Shown here: positions 41,201-48,877 of the stretch, one piece after another
Position numbering within the stretch: position 1 is the stretch's first letter
How the letters are laid out: each line of letters starts with the position of its first letter
DNA from: Verrucomicrobiota bacterium
Lineage (GTDB): Bacteria > Verrucomicrobiota > Verrucomicrobiia > Limisphaerales > UBA8199
Reading direction: 5' to 3'
NCBI GenBank assembly: GCA_039806935.1
Contig: JBDHQH010000001.1
Coordinates: forward strand, 6,067 to 70,066
DNA: 64,000 nucleotides
Notes under the pieces: model-generated
What the model was told of the DNA's origin: nothing
Databases searched by the model: none
Seen by the model: only the letters and a program-made list of their open reading frames with translations
Position numbers and translations under genes: made by a program

Positions 41201-41327
41201 CCGGCAGCCCGTCGCTCAGCCGGTAGGCCTGCCACGGTGAGCCGCGCTGCGCCAGGCCCGCGGGCCGGAATGCCAGCAGAAAAGCGCAGAAAACTACGAT
41301 CGTGACTGGCCGCCGCCGCTTGCTCAC
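38223..41327 (-). CDS. Large sensor histidine kinase with a periplasmic beta-propeller/Y_Y_Y-type sensor region
   Basis: 1034 aa with a signal or anchor. About 700 aa of repeated W/G-rich propeller-like blades (GLWVAG, DFWLATSDGLF, DLWISTD, RLWAATRDQLW, SVWLGSNSGLF, RIWAATARGL) are followed by a TM, the H-box VAHDFNNILSII, and DHGAGI...GTGLGLSMAYE. Confidence 0.8.
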   Translation of the reverse strand: MSKRRRPVTIVVFCAFLLAFRPAGLAQRGSPWQAYRLSDGLPESACLAVSVTPQGRVLVRHPDLPRITELDGYGVNVIPAPEKSVGRVYGSPAGQLWTVSDGGLEAYQSGVWTFHPVPEVAVEFQKGAPRLIDPIPLWPVRQGVVLLLLSDALVEFSIDAAGQSRIRPLLTAAAAGLETFTGMCAASDEGLWVAGRRGFCRTRLPARSLTPESEWEHFMLPGDVAMRALLEPHEDERGGVVAVGETGEPGRERLVVHYNSGHWRLEGAGRDRLRHAWSTGGQTLWGITIDRLLWWDAAAKGFAEADEISARQYWDVAIEKSGDFWLATSDGLFRHALLPWQTPLALRGISSPVNAVTSGSESLWFITTGAIHWLRGEEAGEVSFPDRLRSLQPPEQLSFLSSGQVLLWGAEGAWLFDPERREYRELDEVIGSRGPRPLGALRDGQVCVEIGAPEQPGDLELARFDGVRLEKLPPLRGLGAGVHALRAFTARDGDLWISTDSEEIACLRNGAWRVFPPSGLPGPVIEFAETAAGRLWAATRDQLWAFDGKVWSSVRGGFDRINSLVSARDGSVWLGSNSGLFRLYKETWIEFGVDEGLPGTAIRDVQEDARGRIWAATARGLSEYHPGADVDPPRTTIHPPPGGVAFREGAAVTFSFAGRDRWKYTPRDRLLFSRRLDSGDWSSFSETDFVTLPDLAGGRHFLQVRAMDRSGNVETTPAQIEFSVILPWYREARLVLIATAGSALALFFAGLALNRHLRLVRSYAEVERKVAERSAELEQANRELLQSQKMRALGTLAAGVAHDFNNILSIIKGSAQIIEDNLADAAKVQTRLERIKLVVDQGTGLVRAMLGFSRDSDQLPLGDLNGVVEDTLKLLGDRFMREVEVRFSPGVNLPPAPVSKDFVQQILLNFIFNAAEAKPRDRRVLLRTGILEKLPRGVALMPPVAARYLMVSVRDHGAGIPPENVSRLFEPFFTTKALSSRRGTGLGLSMAYELAKKMNAGLAVESLVGEGSTFTLILPLPAADSGGADDYSRK

Positions 41328-41363
41328 CGTCGGTCATTATCCGTTGCGGGCGCGAGGCGCGCA

Positions 41364-42644
41364 ATGAAAAGCCGCGGCTTCACACTGGACGCTGCCGCGA
41401 CTGGTGCTACCATTATGCCCATGGCAACTCAAGCCCCTGCCCCTCCGCAGAAGGTGAACCTGCGCCGCCCCGAGATCATGGCCGCGGTGCAGGCGCAAGT
41501 TCTTTCCCATTACCGCAGTGAACTGGTCGAAAAGATCCGCGCCAGCGGGAATATCCTCTCGGCTGGCGGTCTGACCATCAAACTGGCCAAGGAATTCGGC
41601 TTTTGCTACGGCGTCGAGCGCGCCATCGATCTGGCCTATGCGGCCCGGCGAGCCTACCCGGATCGGCGGATTTTCCTCCTGGGTGAAATCATCCACAACC
41701 CCGAGGTCAACGATCAGATTCGGCGGCTGGGCATTGTCACCATCTCCAGCAAACCTCGCGACGAGGAAATCAATCAGCTCCGGGACGACGACCTGGTAAT
41801 CATCCCTGCTTTCGGCACCGAGGTGGCGACGCGCAAGCAGCTCGAGGCCAAAGGGTGCCTCTTCGTGGACACCACCTGCGGAGACGTGATGAGCGTCTGG
41901 AAACGGGTGCGGCAGTATTCCAAAGACAGCGTCACCAGCATCATTCACGGCAAAGCCTGGCACGAAGAGACCAAGGCGACCAGCTCACAAGCCCGCGCCA
42001 GCGGCAACGGCCATTATCTGGTGGTCTTCACCCTCAACGAAACCGCCTACGTCTGCGACTACATTACGAAGGGGGGCGACAAAGCCGAGTTTCTGGCAAA
42101 ATTCAAAGGCGCCTACTCCGAAGGATTTGACCCCGACCTGCACCTGCAGGCGATTGGCGTGGCGAACCAGACGACCATGCTGCGGGGCGAAACCGAAGAG
42201 GTGCAGCGCCGCTTGAAAACCGCCATGATCGAACGCTACGGCGAGGAGAATCTGTCGCGGCATTTCCGCTTTTTCGACACCATCTGCGGCGCCACTCAGG
42301 ACCGGCAGGACGCGCTGGAGAAGCTGCTGCTCCAACCCCTGAACCTCCTGCTCGTGGTCGGCGGTTACAACTCTTCCAACACCTCGCACCTCGCTGAAAT
42401 GGGCGAGGCGAAACTGCCGACGTACTTCATCAAGAACGCGGCCAAAATGGTTTCCAGTTCGGTCATCAGCCACTACGACCAGCACCAGCACGCCGAAGTC
42501 GAGACCCGGGATTGGCTGCCGCCGGGCAAAATCACGGTCGGCATCACCGCCGGAGCCTCCTGCCCAAACAACCTGATCGAGGATACCATTCGCCGGGTGT
42601 TTGAATTGCGCGGCATCTCGGTGCAAGAGGCGCTGCGATCCTAG
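41364..42644 (+). CDS. ispH: 4-hydroxy-3-methylbut-2-enyl diphosphate reductase (long-form IspH/LytB)
   Basis: GFCYGVERAI (first Cys ligand), IIHNPEVN, VDTTCGDV and FDTICGATQDRQ. The start codon is uncertain, with several in-frame ATGs at 41364-41490. Confidence 0.85.
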   Translation: MKSRGFTLDAAATGATIMPMATQAPAPPQKVNLRRPEIMAAVQAQVLSHYRSELVEKIRASGNILSAGGLTIKLAKEFGFCYGVERAIDLAYAARRAYPDRRIFLLGEIIHNPEVNDQIRRLGIVTISSKPRDEEINQLRDDDLVIIPAFGTEVATRKQLEAKGCLFVDTTCGDVMSVWKRVRQYSKDSVTSIIHGKAWHEETKATSSQARASGNGHYLVVFTLNETAYVCDYITKGGDKAEFLAKFKGAYSEGFDPDLHLQAIGVANQTTMLRGETEEVQRRLKTAMIERYGEENLSRHFRFFDTICGATQDRQDALEKLLLQPLNLLLVVGGYNSSNTSHLAEMGEAKLPTYFIKNAAKMVSSSVISHYDQHQHAEVETRDWLPPGKITVGITAGASCPNNLIEDTIRRVFELRGISVQEALRS

Positions 42645-42655
42645 CCGCCACTTCC

Positions 42656-43801
42656 ATGCCTCGCAGCAAGGCAGAGCTAGAGGCGCTCGAACGCCGCTCC
42701 CTGGCGCCTTACGCCCAGGCCAGCGCCGACACTCGCGGACGCGAACATCCTGAACCGCCGCCCGACTGGCGCACCGAATACCAGCGCGATCGCGACCGGG
42801 TCATCCACTCGCGCGCCTTTCGCCGGCTCGAATACAAGACCCAGGTCTTCCTCAATGGAACCGGAGATCATCTGCGCACTCGGCTCACCCACACCATCGA
42901 GGTCGCCGCCATCTCCCGAAACATCTCTCGCGCACTGCGCCTGAATGAGGATTTGGCCGAGACAATCGCCCTGGCTCACGACCTGGGCCATTCCCCCTTT
43001 GGGCACAAGGGCGAAACCGTGCTGAACCGCCTGATGAAAAATCACGGCGGCTTCGAGCACAACCGCCAAAGCCTGCGCATCGTCTCTGAATTGGAACAAA
43101 AATACCCAGGGTTTCCCGGCCTGAATCTCACCTGGGAAGCCCGCGAGGGGCTAATGAAACACACCACCGCCTACGATCCAACCGGCGGGCGCAGCCCCTT
43201 CCGCTCCCAATCCCTCGAGGCTCAGGTGGCCAATCTCGCCGATGAAATCACCTACTACAGTCATGACCTCGACGACGGTCTGGACTCCGGCTTGCTCTCC
43301 GAGCGCCAATTGCTCAAGGATGTCCAACTCTGGCGGCAGGCCGCGCGCAGCGTCGAACGCGAATACGGGAAACTGCCGGATGAGTGCCGTCGATATTTTA
43401 TCATCCGCTGCATTATTGATTTGCAGGTCAAGGATGTGGTGAGCACCACCGAAAAGCGCATCGCCACCGCGAGGGTGAACTCGGCTGATGACGCGCGCCG
43501 ACAGTCGCTGGCCCTGGTGCAGTACAGCCCCGAGCGGCGAAAACAGAACGCCGAGTTGCGGAAGTATCTGTATCGAAACCTCTATTACAATCCCGTCGTC
43601 AACGAACCGCACCTGCGCGCCCGGCGGGTGCTGGAGGACTTGTTCACATACTACTTGAGGCACCACGATGAAATCGGCGCCCTATCCCGAAAACGCGCCC
43701 GCAAGGAAGGCTGGCACCGGGCTATCTGTGATTATCTCTCCGGAATGACGGATCGTTACGCCATCCTCGAACACGCCCGCCTCCATCCCCCGCCCGCCTG
43801 A
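42656..43801 (+). CDS. dGTPase-like HD-domain triphosphohydrolase (Dgt family, short type)
   Basis: YQRDRDRVIHSRAFRRLEYKTQVF, HLRTRLTHTIEVAAISR, LAHDLGHSPFGHKGE and DYLSGMTDRYA. Confidence 0.85.
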   Translation: MPRSKAELEALERRSLAPYAQASADTRGREHPEPPPDWRTEYQRDRDRVIHSRAFRRLEYKTQVFLNGTGDHLRTRLTHTIEVAAISRNISRALRLNEDLAETIALAHDLGHSPFGHKGETVLNRLMKNHGGFEHNRQSLRIVSELEQKYPGFPGLNLTWEAREGLMKHTTAYDPTGGRSPFRSQSLEAQVANLADEITYYSHDLDDGLDSGLLSERQLLKDVQLWRQAARSVEREYGKLPDECRRYFIIRCIIDLQVKDVVSTTEKRIATARVNSADDARRQSLALVQYSPERRKQNAELRKYLYRNLYYNPVVNEPHLRARRVLEDLFTYYLRHHDEIGALSRKRARKEGWHRAICDYLSGMTDRYAILEHARLHPPPA

Positions 43802-43832
43802 CCTTCCCCGAATCATCCTCAAGCGGCCGGAT

Positions 43833-44486
43833 TTACGGAGAATCCTTCGGCACCAACACCAGCTTCCCCTCCGCCACCTTGATCCCGCGCAAATGATCCA
43901 GCGCGATCGAGGCTTGGGGTTCCTGATTGATTTTTCGGGCCAGATTAAATGCCCGTACTTTCGCCATGATCGGCGTGGGCAGGGGCTTGCCTTTCACTTT
44001 GAAGTCCACGACCCGCACATCGAGAAAACCCTGGTCCAGGCTGATATGGAACGTCGCGGCGCCATTGAGATAGCGGCCCCGCAAAAAGGATACCCCGAGC
44101 TCATCCAGCGGCAGACTCACCTCGCCCCCCAGTTTCCCGTCCTCAATGCGCACATGAATGCGGTCCCGCAACGGCTCTCCTTCAGGCTCCGCCTCGATCA
44201 GGCCATTCAACTCCGTGGCCGTCAGTTCCAGTGGCGATACGGGCTGACCCGCCTGGAGCGCGGTCTGGAAAGCTTCAACCCGTTTGAGCAACTCCGCGCG
44301 CGCGCGCGGCGGCAGCTCGCTCCTGGGCAGGGCTGCGGGCCGGGAATCCGTGTAGTGGCTTCGCGCCTCCCGCAATTCCCAAAACAGGGCAAACACCGCC
44401 CCCAACAACAACAAGGTCAGGATACCTCCACCCAGGCAGCCCCAAAACAAGCAGCCGCGTTGCGGTTTCCGGGATGGTTCTGGCAT
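43833..44486 (-). CDS. Hypothetical N-terminally anchored protein
   Basis: Start chosen at ATG 44486 inside track ORF 43833..44822, because the longer form overlaps the upstream gene. It has a TM (CLFWGCLGGGILTLLLLGAVFALFW) plus a roughly 170-aa soluble domain. It is the last gene of the NfeD-flotillin operon. Confidence 0.4.
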   Translation of the reverse strand: MPEPSRKPQRGCLFWGCLGGGILTLLLLGAVFALFWELREARSHYTDSRPAALPRSELPPRARAELLKRVEAFQTALQAGQPVSPLELTATELNGLIEAEPEGEPLRDRIHVRIEDGKLGGEVSLPLDELGVSFLRGRYLNGAATFHISLDQGFLDVRVVDFKVKGKPLPTPIMAKVRAFNLARKINQEPQASIALDHLRGIKVAEGKLVLVPKDSP

Positions 44487-44506
44487 GTCGGATCCGGATC
44501 GCGGCC

Positions 44507-45343
44507 TTAGCGCGGCTTGATTGGGGTTTTGAGCTGGATCCGCGGGCGGATGCGAGGAGGCACTGGATGCGGCGGCGGCGCGGTGGGGGCCGGAGCGGCA
44601 GGCGGCGAGGCCGGAATGATCCGGACCTGCTCCATCTGCTGGGTGAGCCAGTCCCGAGCTCCAGTCATCACTTCGCCAACCTTTCCCTCGGGAAACTTCA
44701 GCTCCCCGATCTTGAAAGCCGCCAGTTCCTTCAACGAGGTCAAGGTCTGGTTCGCCAAATCCACGGTCACGTCGGATTTCGGGACCGCCGCACCGAGGAT
44801 CTCGTAACCGTTCACCAACCACTCGAGCTTGCCGGTGTCTGAATCAACGATTAATCCGTGGATCGGCACATGCGGAGAAATGATCGGGCTTTGCCGCAGC
44901 AAATCCACGGCTTTGATGACGTTCTGCCGTTCGCTGCCGTAAAGGCCGAAAAACTCGTTCAGGTTGTCCGGAAGATTGGCCCGCCCGATGCCATAAGCCT
45001 GAAACCCCTCGAGGAGCTGCATCGTGCTCGACGTGCGAATCTGGCAATCCGTATGACCAATGACGGCAATTTCCCGGCCGCCTTTGACGACGCAGGCCAG
45101 GCTGACAGAGCGCGTGGTGCTGCTCAGCGGCCCCGTGATAACGTTGCCCGCGTTGCGCAACCAGATAAACTGATCACCCGGGAGGCCCAGCACGGAGGGA
45201 AAGAAGCTGTTCAGCCGCGGATCAATGCAGGTTAGCCCCACCAGGGGCAGTTCCTCCTCGAACTCCGCCGGGCGCAAGCCCGCGTGGGTGTCGCCCGCGA
45301 CCGCGCGGTGGTTCGCGTCCACAATGGCTTCGAGGAGTCGCAT
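44507..45343 (-). CDS. Beta-class carbonic-anhydrase-like protein with a roughly 110-aa C-terminal extension and a Pro-rich tail
   Basis: Beta-CA zinc-ligand spacing is present: LTCIDPRL (CxDxR) and VIGHTDCQI (HxxC). The extra C-terminal region ends PASPPAAPAPTAPPPHPVPPRIRPR. Confidence 0.6.
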   Translation of the reverse strand: MRLLEAIVDANHRAVAGDTHAGLRPAEFEEELPLVGLTCIDPRLNSFFPSVLGLPGDQFIWLRNAGNVITGPLSSTTRSVSLACVVKGGREIAVIGHTDCQIRTSSTMQLLEGFQAYGIGRANLPDNLNEFFGLYGSERQNVIKAVDLLRQSPIISPHVPIHGLIVDSDTGKLEWLVNGYEILGAAVPKSDVTVDLANQTLTSLKELAAFKIGELKFPEGKVGEVMTGARDWLTQQMEQVRIIPASPPAAPAPTAPPPHPVPPRIRPRIQLKTPIKPR

Positions 45344-45358
45344 TCTTTCCTCAACCAG

Positions 45359-46879
45359 TTACTTGTCCGGCGCGGCCGGCTTCTCCACGCTCCGCCGCAA
45401 ACCGGGCACCCGTTCGACCAGTTGCTCGAGCTTCAACCCCGTCAGCCCCTCGAGCACGGGAGGCAACTGGGCGATGATCTGGGTGACGTCGCCCGTCAGC
45501 TTGCTGGCGCCGCCGCCTGCGCCGTTGCCGGTATTCACGATCACCATCTTCTCCGTCTTCGCGAGCGGCTCGCTGATCTTGCCGGCCACCTCGGGCAGAA
45601 CTCGGATGATCATCTCCACCACCGCGGCTTCGTTATATTGCTTGAACGATTCGGCTTTCATGCGCATGGCTTCCGCGGTGGCTTTGCCCTGCGCCTCGAT
45701 AATGGCCGCCTCGGCGAGACCGCGCGCCTTGTTGGCGTCGGCTTCCGCGATGCCGGTGGCTTTGGCGACATCCGCGTTGGCAAACCCGGTGGCCTTGGTC
45801 GCCGAAGCAGCGCCCGCCGCCTCGGCCTCGAGCTGGAACTTGCGGGCGTTCGCCAGCGTCTCGACTTTGTAGCGCTCCGCGTCCGCCGGCTTCTGCACGT
45901 TGGCCTCCAATTCCTTCTGCCGTCGCAGGATTTCCTGCTGTTGCAGCTCGATCTGTTTTTGCTTCTCCACGATATTGACCTGGACCTCCTCGGCTTTGAC
46001 GAGCTGGCCGGTCTTGAATTTCTGGAGATCATAGGCGAGATCGGCCTCGGCCTTGCGCTGGTTCACCGAAGCCTGATAGGCCGCCACGCTCATCTGGTAA
46101 TCACGCTGCGATTCCGCGATTTTCGTGTCGGCGGCGAATTTGGCCTCCTGGCCCGCCTGCTGCGCCTGCGCCGAGCGGATTTGCGAGTCCCGATCGGCCT
46201 CGGCCTGGGCGATCACCGCGTCGCGCTTGACCTGGGCGATGCGCGGCTTCCCCAAGGCGTCCAGATACCCCTGATTGTCACGGATATCCCGAATCGTGAA
46301 GCTCACGATACCCAGGCCCATGTTGGCCATGTCCCCGGCAGCGACTTCCTGCACTTTCGAGGCGAAAGCGTCGCGGTTCTGGTAAATATCCTCCACCGTC
46401 ATGGTCCCCAAAATCGCCCGCAAATGCCCCTCCAAGGTTTGCGTAGCGATGTTTTTGATCTCATCGGTGCCCTTGCTCAAAAACTGCTCCGAGGCGGTCG
46501 CGATCGAAACGTCATCGCCCTTCACTTTGATTTGCGCCACTCCATCCACCCGCACCGGCACGCCTTTGCTCGTGTAAACCTCCGGGGTCTGCACGTCGAT
46601 GGTCAGCAACTCCAGCGAAAGCACATCCACCTTTTCATACACCGGCCAGACGAAAACACCACCACCCTTGACAATCCGAAAACCCACTTCGCTGGACGTG
46701 CCGTCCGGCTCCAGGATCCGGTGTTTGCGTCCGGAAATCACCAAAACCTGGTTCGGCCCCACTTTCGTGTAACGGCTCGCCCAGATGGCGACGAACATGA
46801 AGAAGACAAAAAGGAACGCCCCAACGCCAAAGATTACCCAGGCGGTGGGCGTGATCTCGGCAAGTACGATGGTGGTCAT
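45359..46879 (-). CDS. Flotillin/SPFH (band 7) family protein, YqiK-like
   Basis: N-terminal TM, an SPFH domain (VGFRIVKGGGVFVWPVYEKVDVLSLELLTIDV), and a long A/E/Q/K-rich flotillin coiled-coil (EAEAAGAASATKATGFANADVAKATGIAEADANKARGLAEAAIIEAQGKA). Confidence 0.85.
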   Translation of the reverse strand: MTTIVLAEITPTAWVIFGVGAFLFVFFMFVAIWASRYTKVGPNQVLVISGRKHRILEPDGTSSEVGFRIVKGGGVFVWPVYEKVDVLSLELLTIDVQTPEVYTSKGVPVRVDGVAQIKVKGDDVSIATASEQFLSKGTDEIKNIATQTLEGHLRAILGTMTVEDIYQNRDAFASKVQEVAAGDMANMGLGIVSFTIRDIRDNQGYLDALGKPRIAQVKRDAVIAQAEADRDSQIRSAQAQQAGQEAKFAADTKIAESQRDYQMSVAAYQASVNQRKAEADLAYDLQKFKTGQLVKAEEVQVNIVEKQKQIELQQQEILRRQKELEANVQKPADAERYKVETLANARKFQLEAEAAGAASATKATGFANADVAKATGIAEADANKARGLAEAAIIEAQGKATAEAMRMKAESFKQYNEAAVVEMIIRVLPEVAGKISEPLAKTEKMVIVNTGNGAGGGASKLTGDVTQIIAQLPPVLEGLTGLKLEQLVERVPGLRRSVEKPAAPDK

Positions 46880-46900
46880 GTGATGATTCGCTCAGGTTGA

Positions 46901-47458
46901 TTATTGAAGTTGTTCGACAAAATATTGGGTGCCGACGATGCGGGTGATGCGAACCGGCTTGCCAGCCGCGACCGCGGAGCCTCGCTCCGTCCGGGCCGGC
47001 GCCGTATAGCGCGCGCCTCCGACCACGTAGGCAATCTCCCCCACCCCATCCGGCGGGATGGGCGTGACGATCGATGCCGTCTGTCCCACGAGTTTGCTGA
47101 TGCGCGCCTCGCTGGAACTTTGGGTCTGCTTAAAAAGCCAGTTAAAAATCAGGAATGCTCCCCACGCCAGCACCAGGCCGGCCACCGCGGAAATCGGCGC
47201 GCTGATCCAGACATTCCTGGTCAACTCAACTTTCGTCAAAATCATCCCGCACGCGCCAAAAGCGGTGATGAAACACGCCAACACGGTGGGGCTGAAGAAC
47301 GAGATCCCCGGTACCCCGCTGGCATCATACCCCGCCTCGGCGTGGCCGCCCGTCCCCACCTCGTGGCCGCCGCCATCGCTGTCGAAGAAGTGCCCCGCGA
47401 TGGCGCTGATAACCGTAAACAGCAACCCCAAAGCCAGACATGCCGCGTAAACGATCAT
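46901..47458 (-). CDS. NfeD/YqiJ-like membrane protein (OB-fold C-terminus)
   Basis: Three or four TMs and then a C-terminal OB-like segment (LVGQTASIVTPIPPDGVGEIAYVVGGARYTAPAR...GKPVRITRIVGTQYFVE). It lies immediately upstream of flotillin, which is the conserved NfeD-SPFH pairing. Confidence 0.7.
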   Translation of the reverse strand: MIVYAACLALGLLFTVISAIAGHFFDSDGGGHEVGTGGHAEAGYDASGVPGISFFSPTVLACFITAFGACGMILTKVELTRNVWISAPISAVAGLVLAWGAFLIFNWLFKQTQSSSEARISKLVGQTASIVTPIPPDGVGEIAYVVGGARYTAPARTERGSAVAAGKPVRITRIVGTQYFVEQLQ

Positions 47459-47792
47459 ATCCTTAATGTCATTCGGACATTGCGCGGTGCGGGACTTAAC
47501 CTCACCCGGCTTTTGGACCGCGCCCGCACCTTAGCGCTCGAAAAGCCGTCTCTCCCCTCCGTCCCTCGCATTAAAAATCCAAAAATCCCACGCCGCAAGC
47601 ATAAAGCGCGGGCGCGACGCATTTGGCAAGGCGCTCGCGCAACGCGGAACTAACCGGCCCGCGAAGCTCTGGAGATGCTGATAATTCGGCCTCCTCCAGA
47701 TGCAGCCGCAGTGCGGCCACAGGGTTTTCGCCGGCCTGGTCGCTGGGCGAATTTGCTTCTCTCCGGCGCCCCCGCTTTCTATATTGCCAACC

Positions 47793-48116
47793 GTGACCGT
47801 CGATACATTTAAACCGGAGATTCTCCAGGCGCTGCGGAGTTACGATAAATACGTCGTCTGTGTCGGCAAAACTCCGGAAGAATTCGAGGCTGCGGTAACC
47901 TCCCTGATGGGCAAAGCCATCAAAGCATTCCAGAGCCGCGGCCCCGAATTGCGCCACGGCATTGCCCTCGACAAACAAATCACGGTCATCCTCAGCCAGA
48001 CCGACAATCCCCGCCCACTCTGCGGGATTTACTTCAATCTGCATTCGCCCTATCAAAAACCCCAGTCCCGAGCCTCCCGACGCGTGCGAGAATCCATCGG
48101 CGGCTCCGAAGAATAA
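47793..48116 (+). CDS. Small hypothetical protein (107 aa)
   Basis: GTG 47793 (or ATG 47700) to TAA 48116. Codon third positions and amino-acid composition look coding (VTVDTFKPEILQALRSYDKYVVCVGKTPEEFEAAVTSLMGKAIKAF...), unlike the antisense 222-aa ORF. No family was recognised. Confidence 0.35.
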   Translation: MTVDTFKPEILQALRSYDKYVVCVGKTPEEFEAAVTSLMGKAIKAFQSRGPELRHGIALDKQITVILSQTDNPRPLCGIYFNLHSPYQKPQSRASRRVRESIGGSEE

Positions 48117-48461
48117 CTGACGGGTCACCGCCAGGGCGGACCCGCGCGTCGCTTCCAAGCGAAAGGAGGACGGCGGCCAATGCGCGCGCGGGATTTCAGA
48201 CGATGGCGCGTTGGCTGAGTTTAGGTCTGCTGCTGCCACGGTTGGGCGGCACCGACGAGGGCGCTGGAGATTCCGGCTGGTGCCGGGCGGACACGCGCTT
48301 CTCAGGAAATGCGGGCGACTTCAATTGCGGCTGGCTCTCGCCAATACCGAACGCCCCGGTGCGATGTTTCCTTCGGGCACATCTGGGCCAAAAAGTGCGT
48401 GGCCGTTTTCCTAGGGTAGTGCGTCGCAATTGACTCGGCATATTAGCTTTGGGGTGCGAAA

Positions 48462-48836
48462 TTGTCGCCGATGCCAAAAATCGCCTCTCCCGTGGTCCTG
48501 CCCGAGGCTGATCGGAACAAACTGGAAAGCTGGGTTCGTGCTCAGTTCACCCCGCAGCAGGTAGCGGTTCGCTCTCGCATTTTGCTCCTGGCGGCCGACG
48601 GCAAGCAGGACCTGGAAATTGCCGATGAGTTAAGCGTCAACCGCCACACTTCCGCGCTCTGGCGCAAGCGCTTCCAGACCGAGGGACTGGACAGCGTGTG
48701 GGAAACCCAACCCGGTCGCGGTCGCCGACAACCCACCCGATATGGAAAAAGATGTTTGGGAAGCTGTGACATTCCTCGCAGGCGTGGACTTTATCTCAAC
48801 AGACAGACCCTACCTCTTCATGAAGGTGGATTTTGA
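48462..48836 (+). pseudogene. IS630-family transposase remnant (N-terminal HTH domain only)
   Basis: The first roughly 85 aa (LPEADRNKLESWVRAQFTPQQVAVRSRILLLAADGKQDLEIADELSVNRHTSALWRKRFQTEGLDSVWETQPGRGRR) match the IS630 ORF N-terminal pattern. The rest is non-homologous and short, and there is no DDE domain. Confidence 0.6.
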
Positions 48837-48877
48837 ATCCGAGTTGGCAAAGCTCCTAGAGCGCTGAAGCAATCTCT

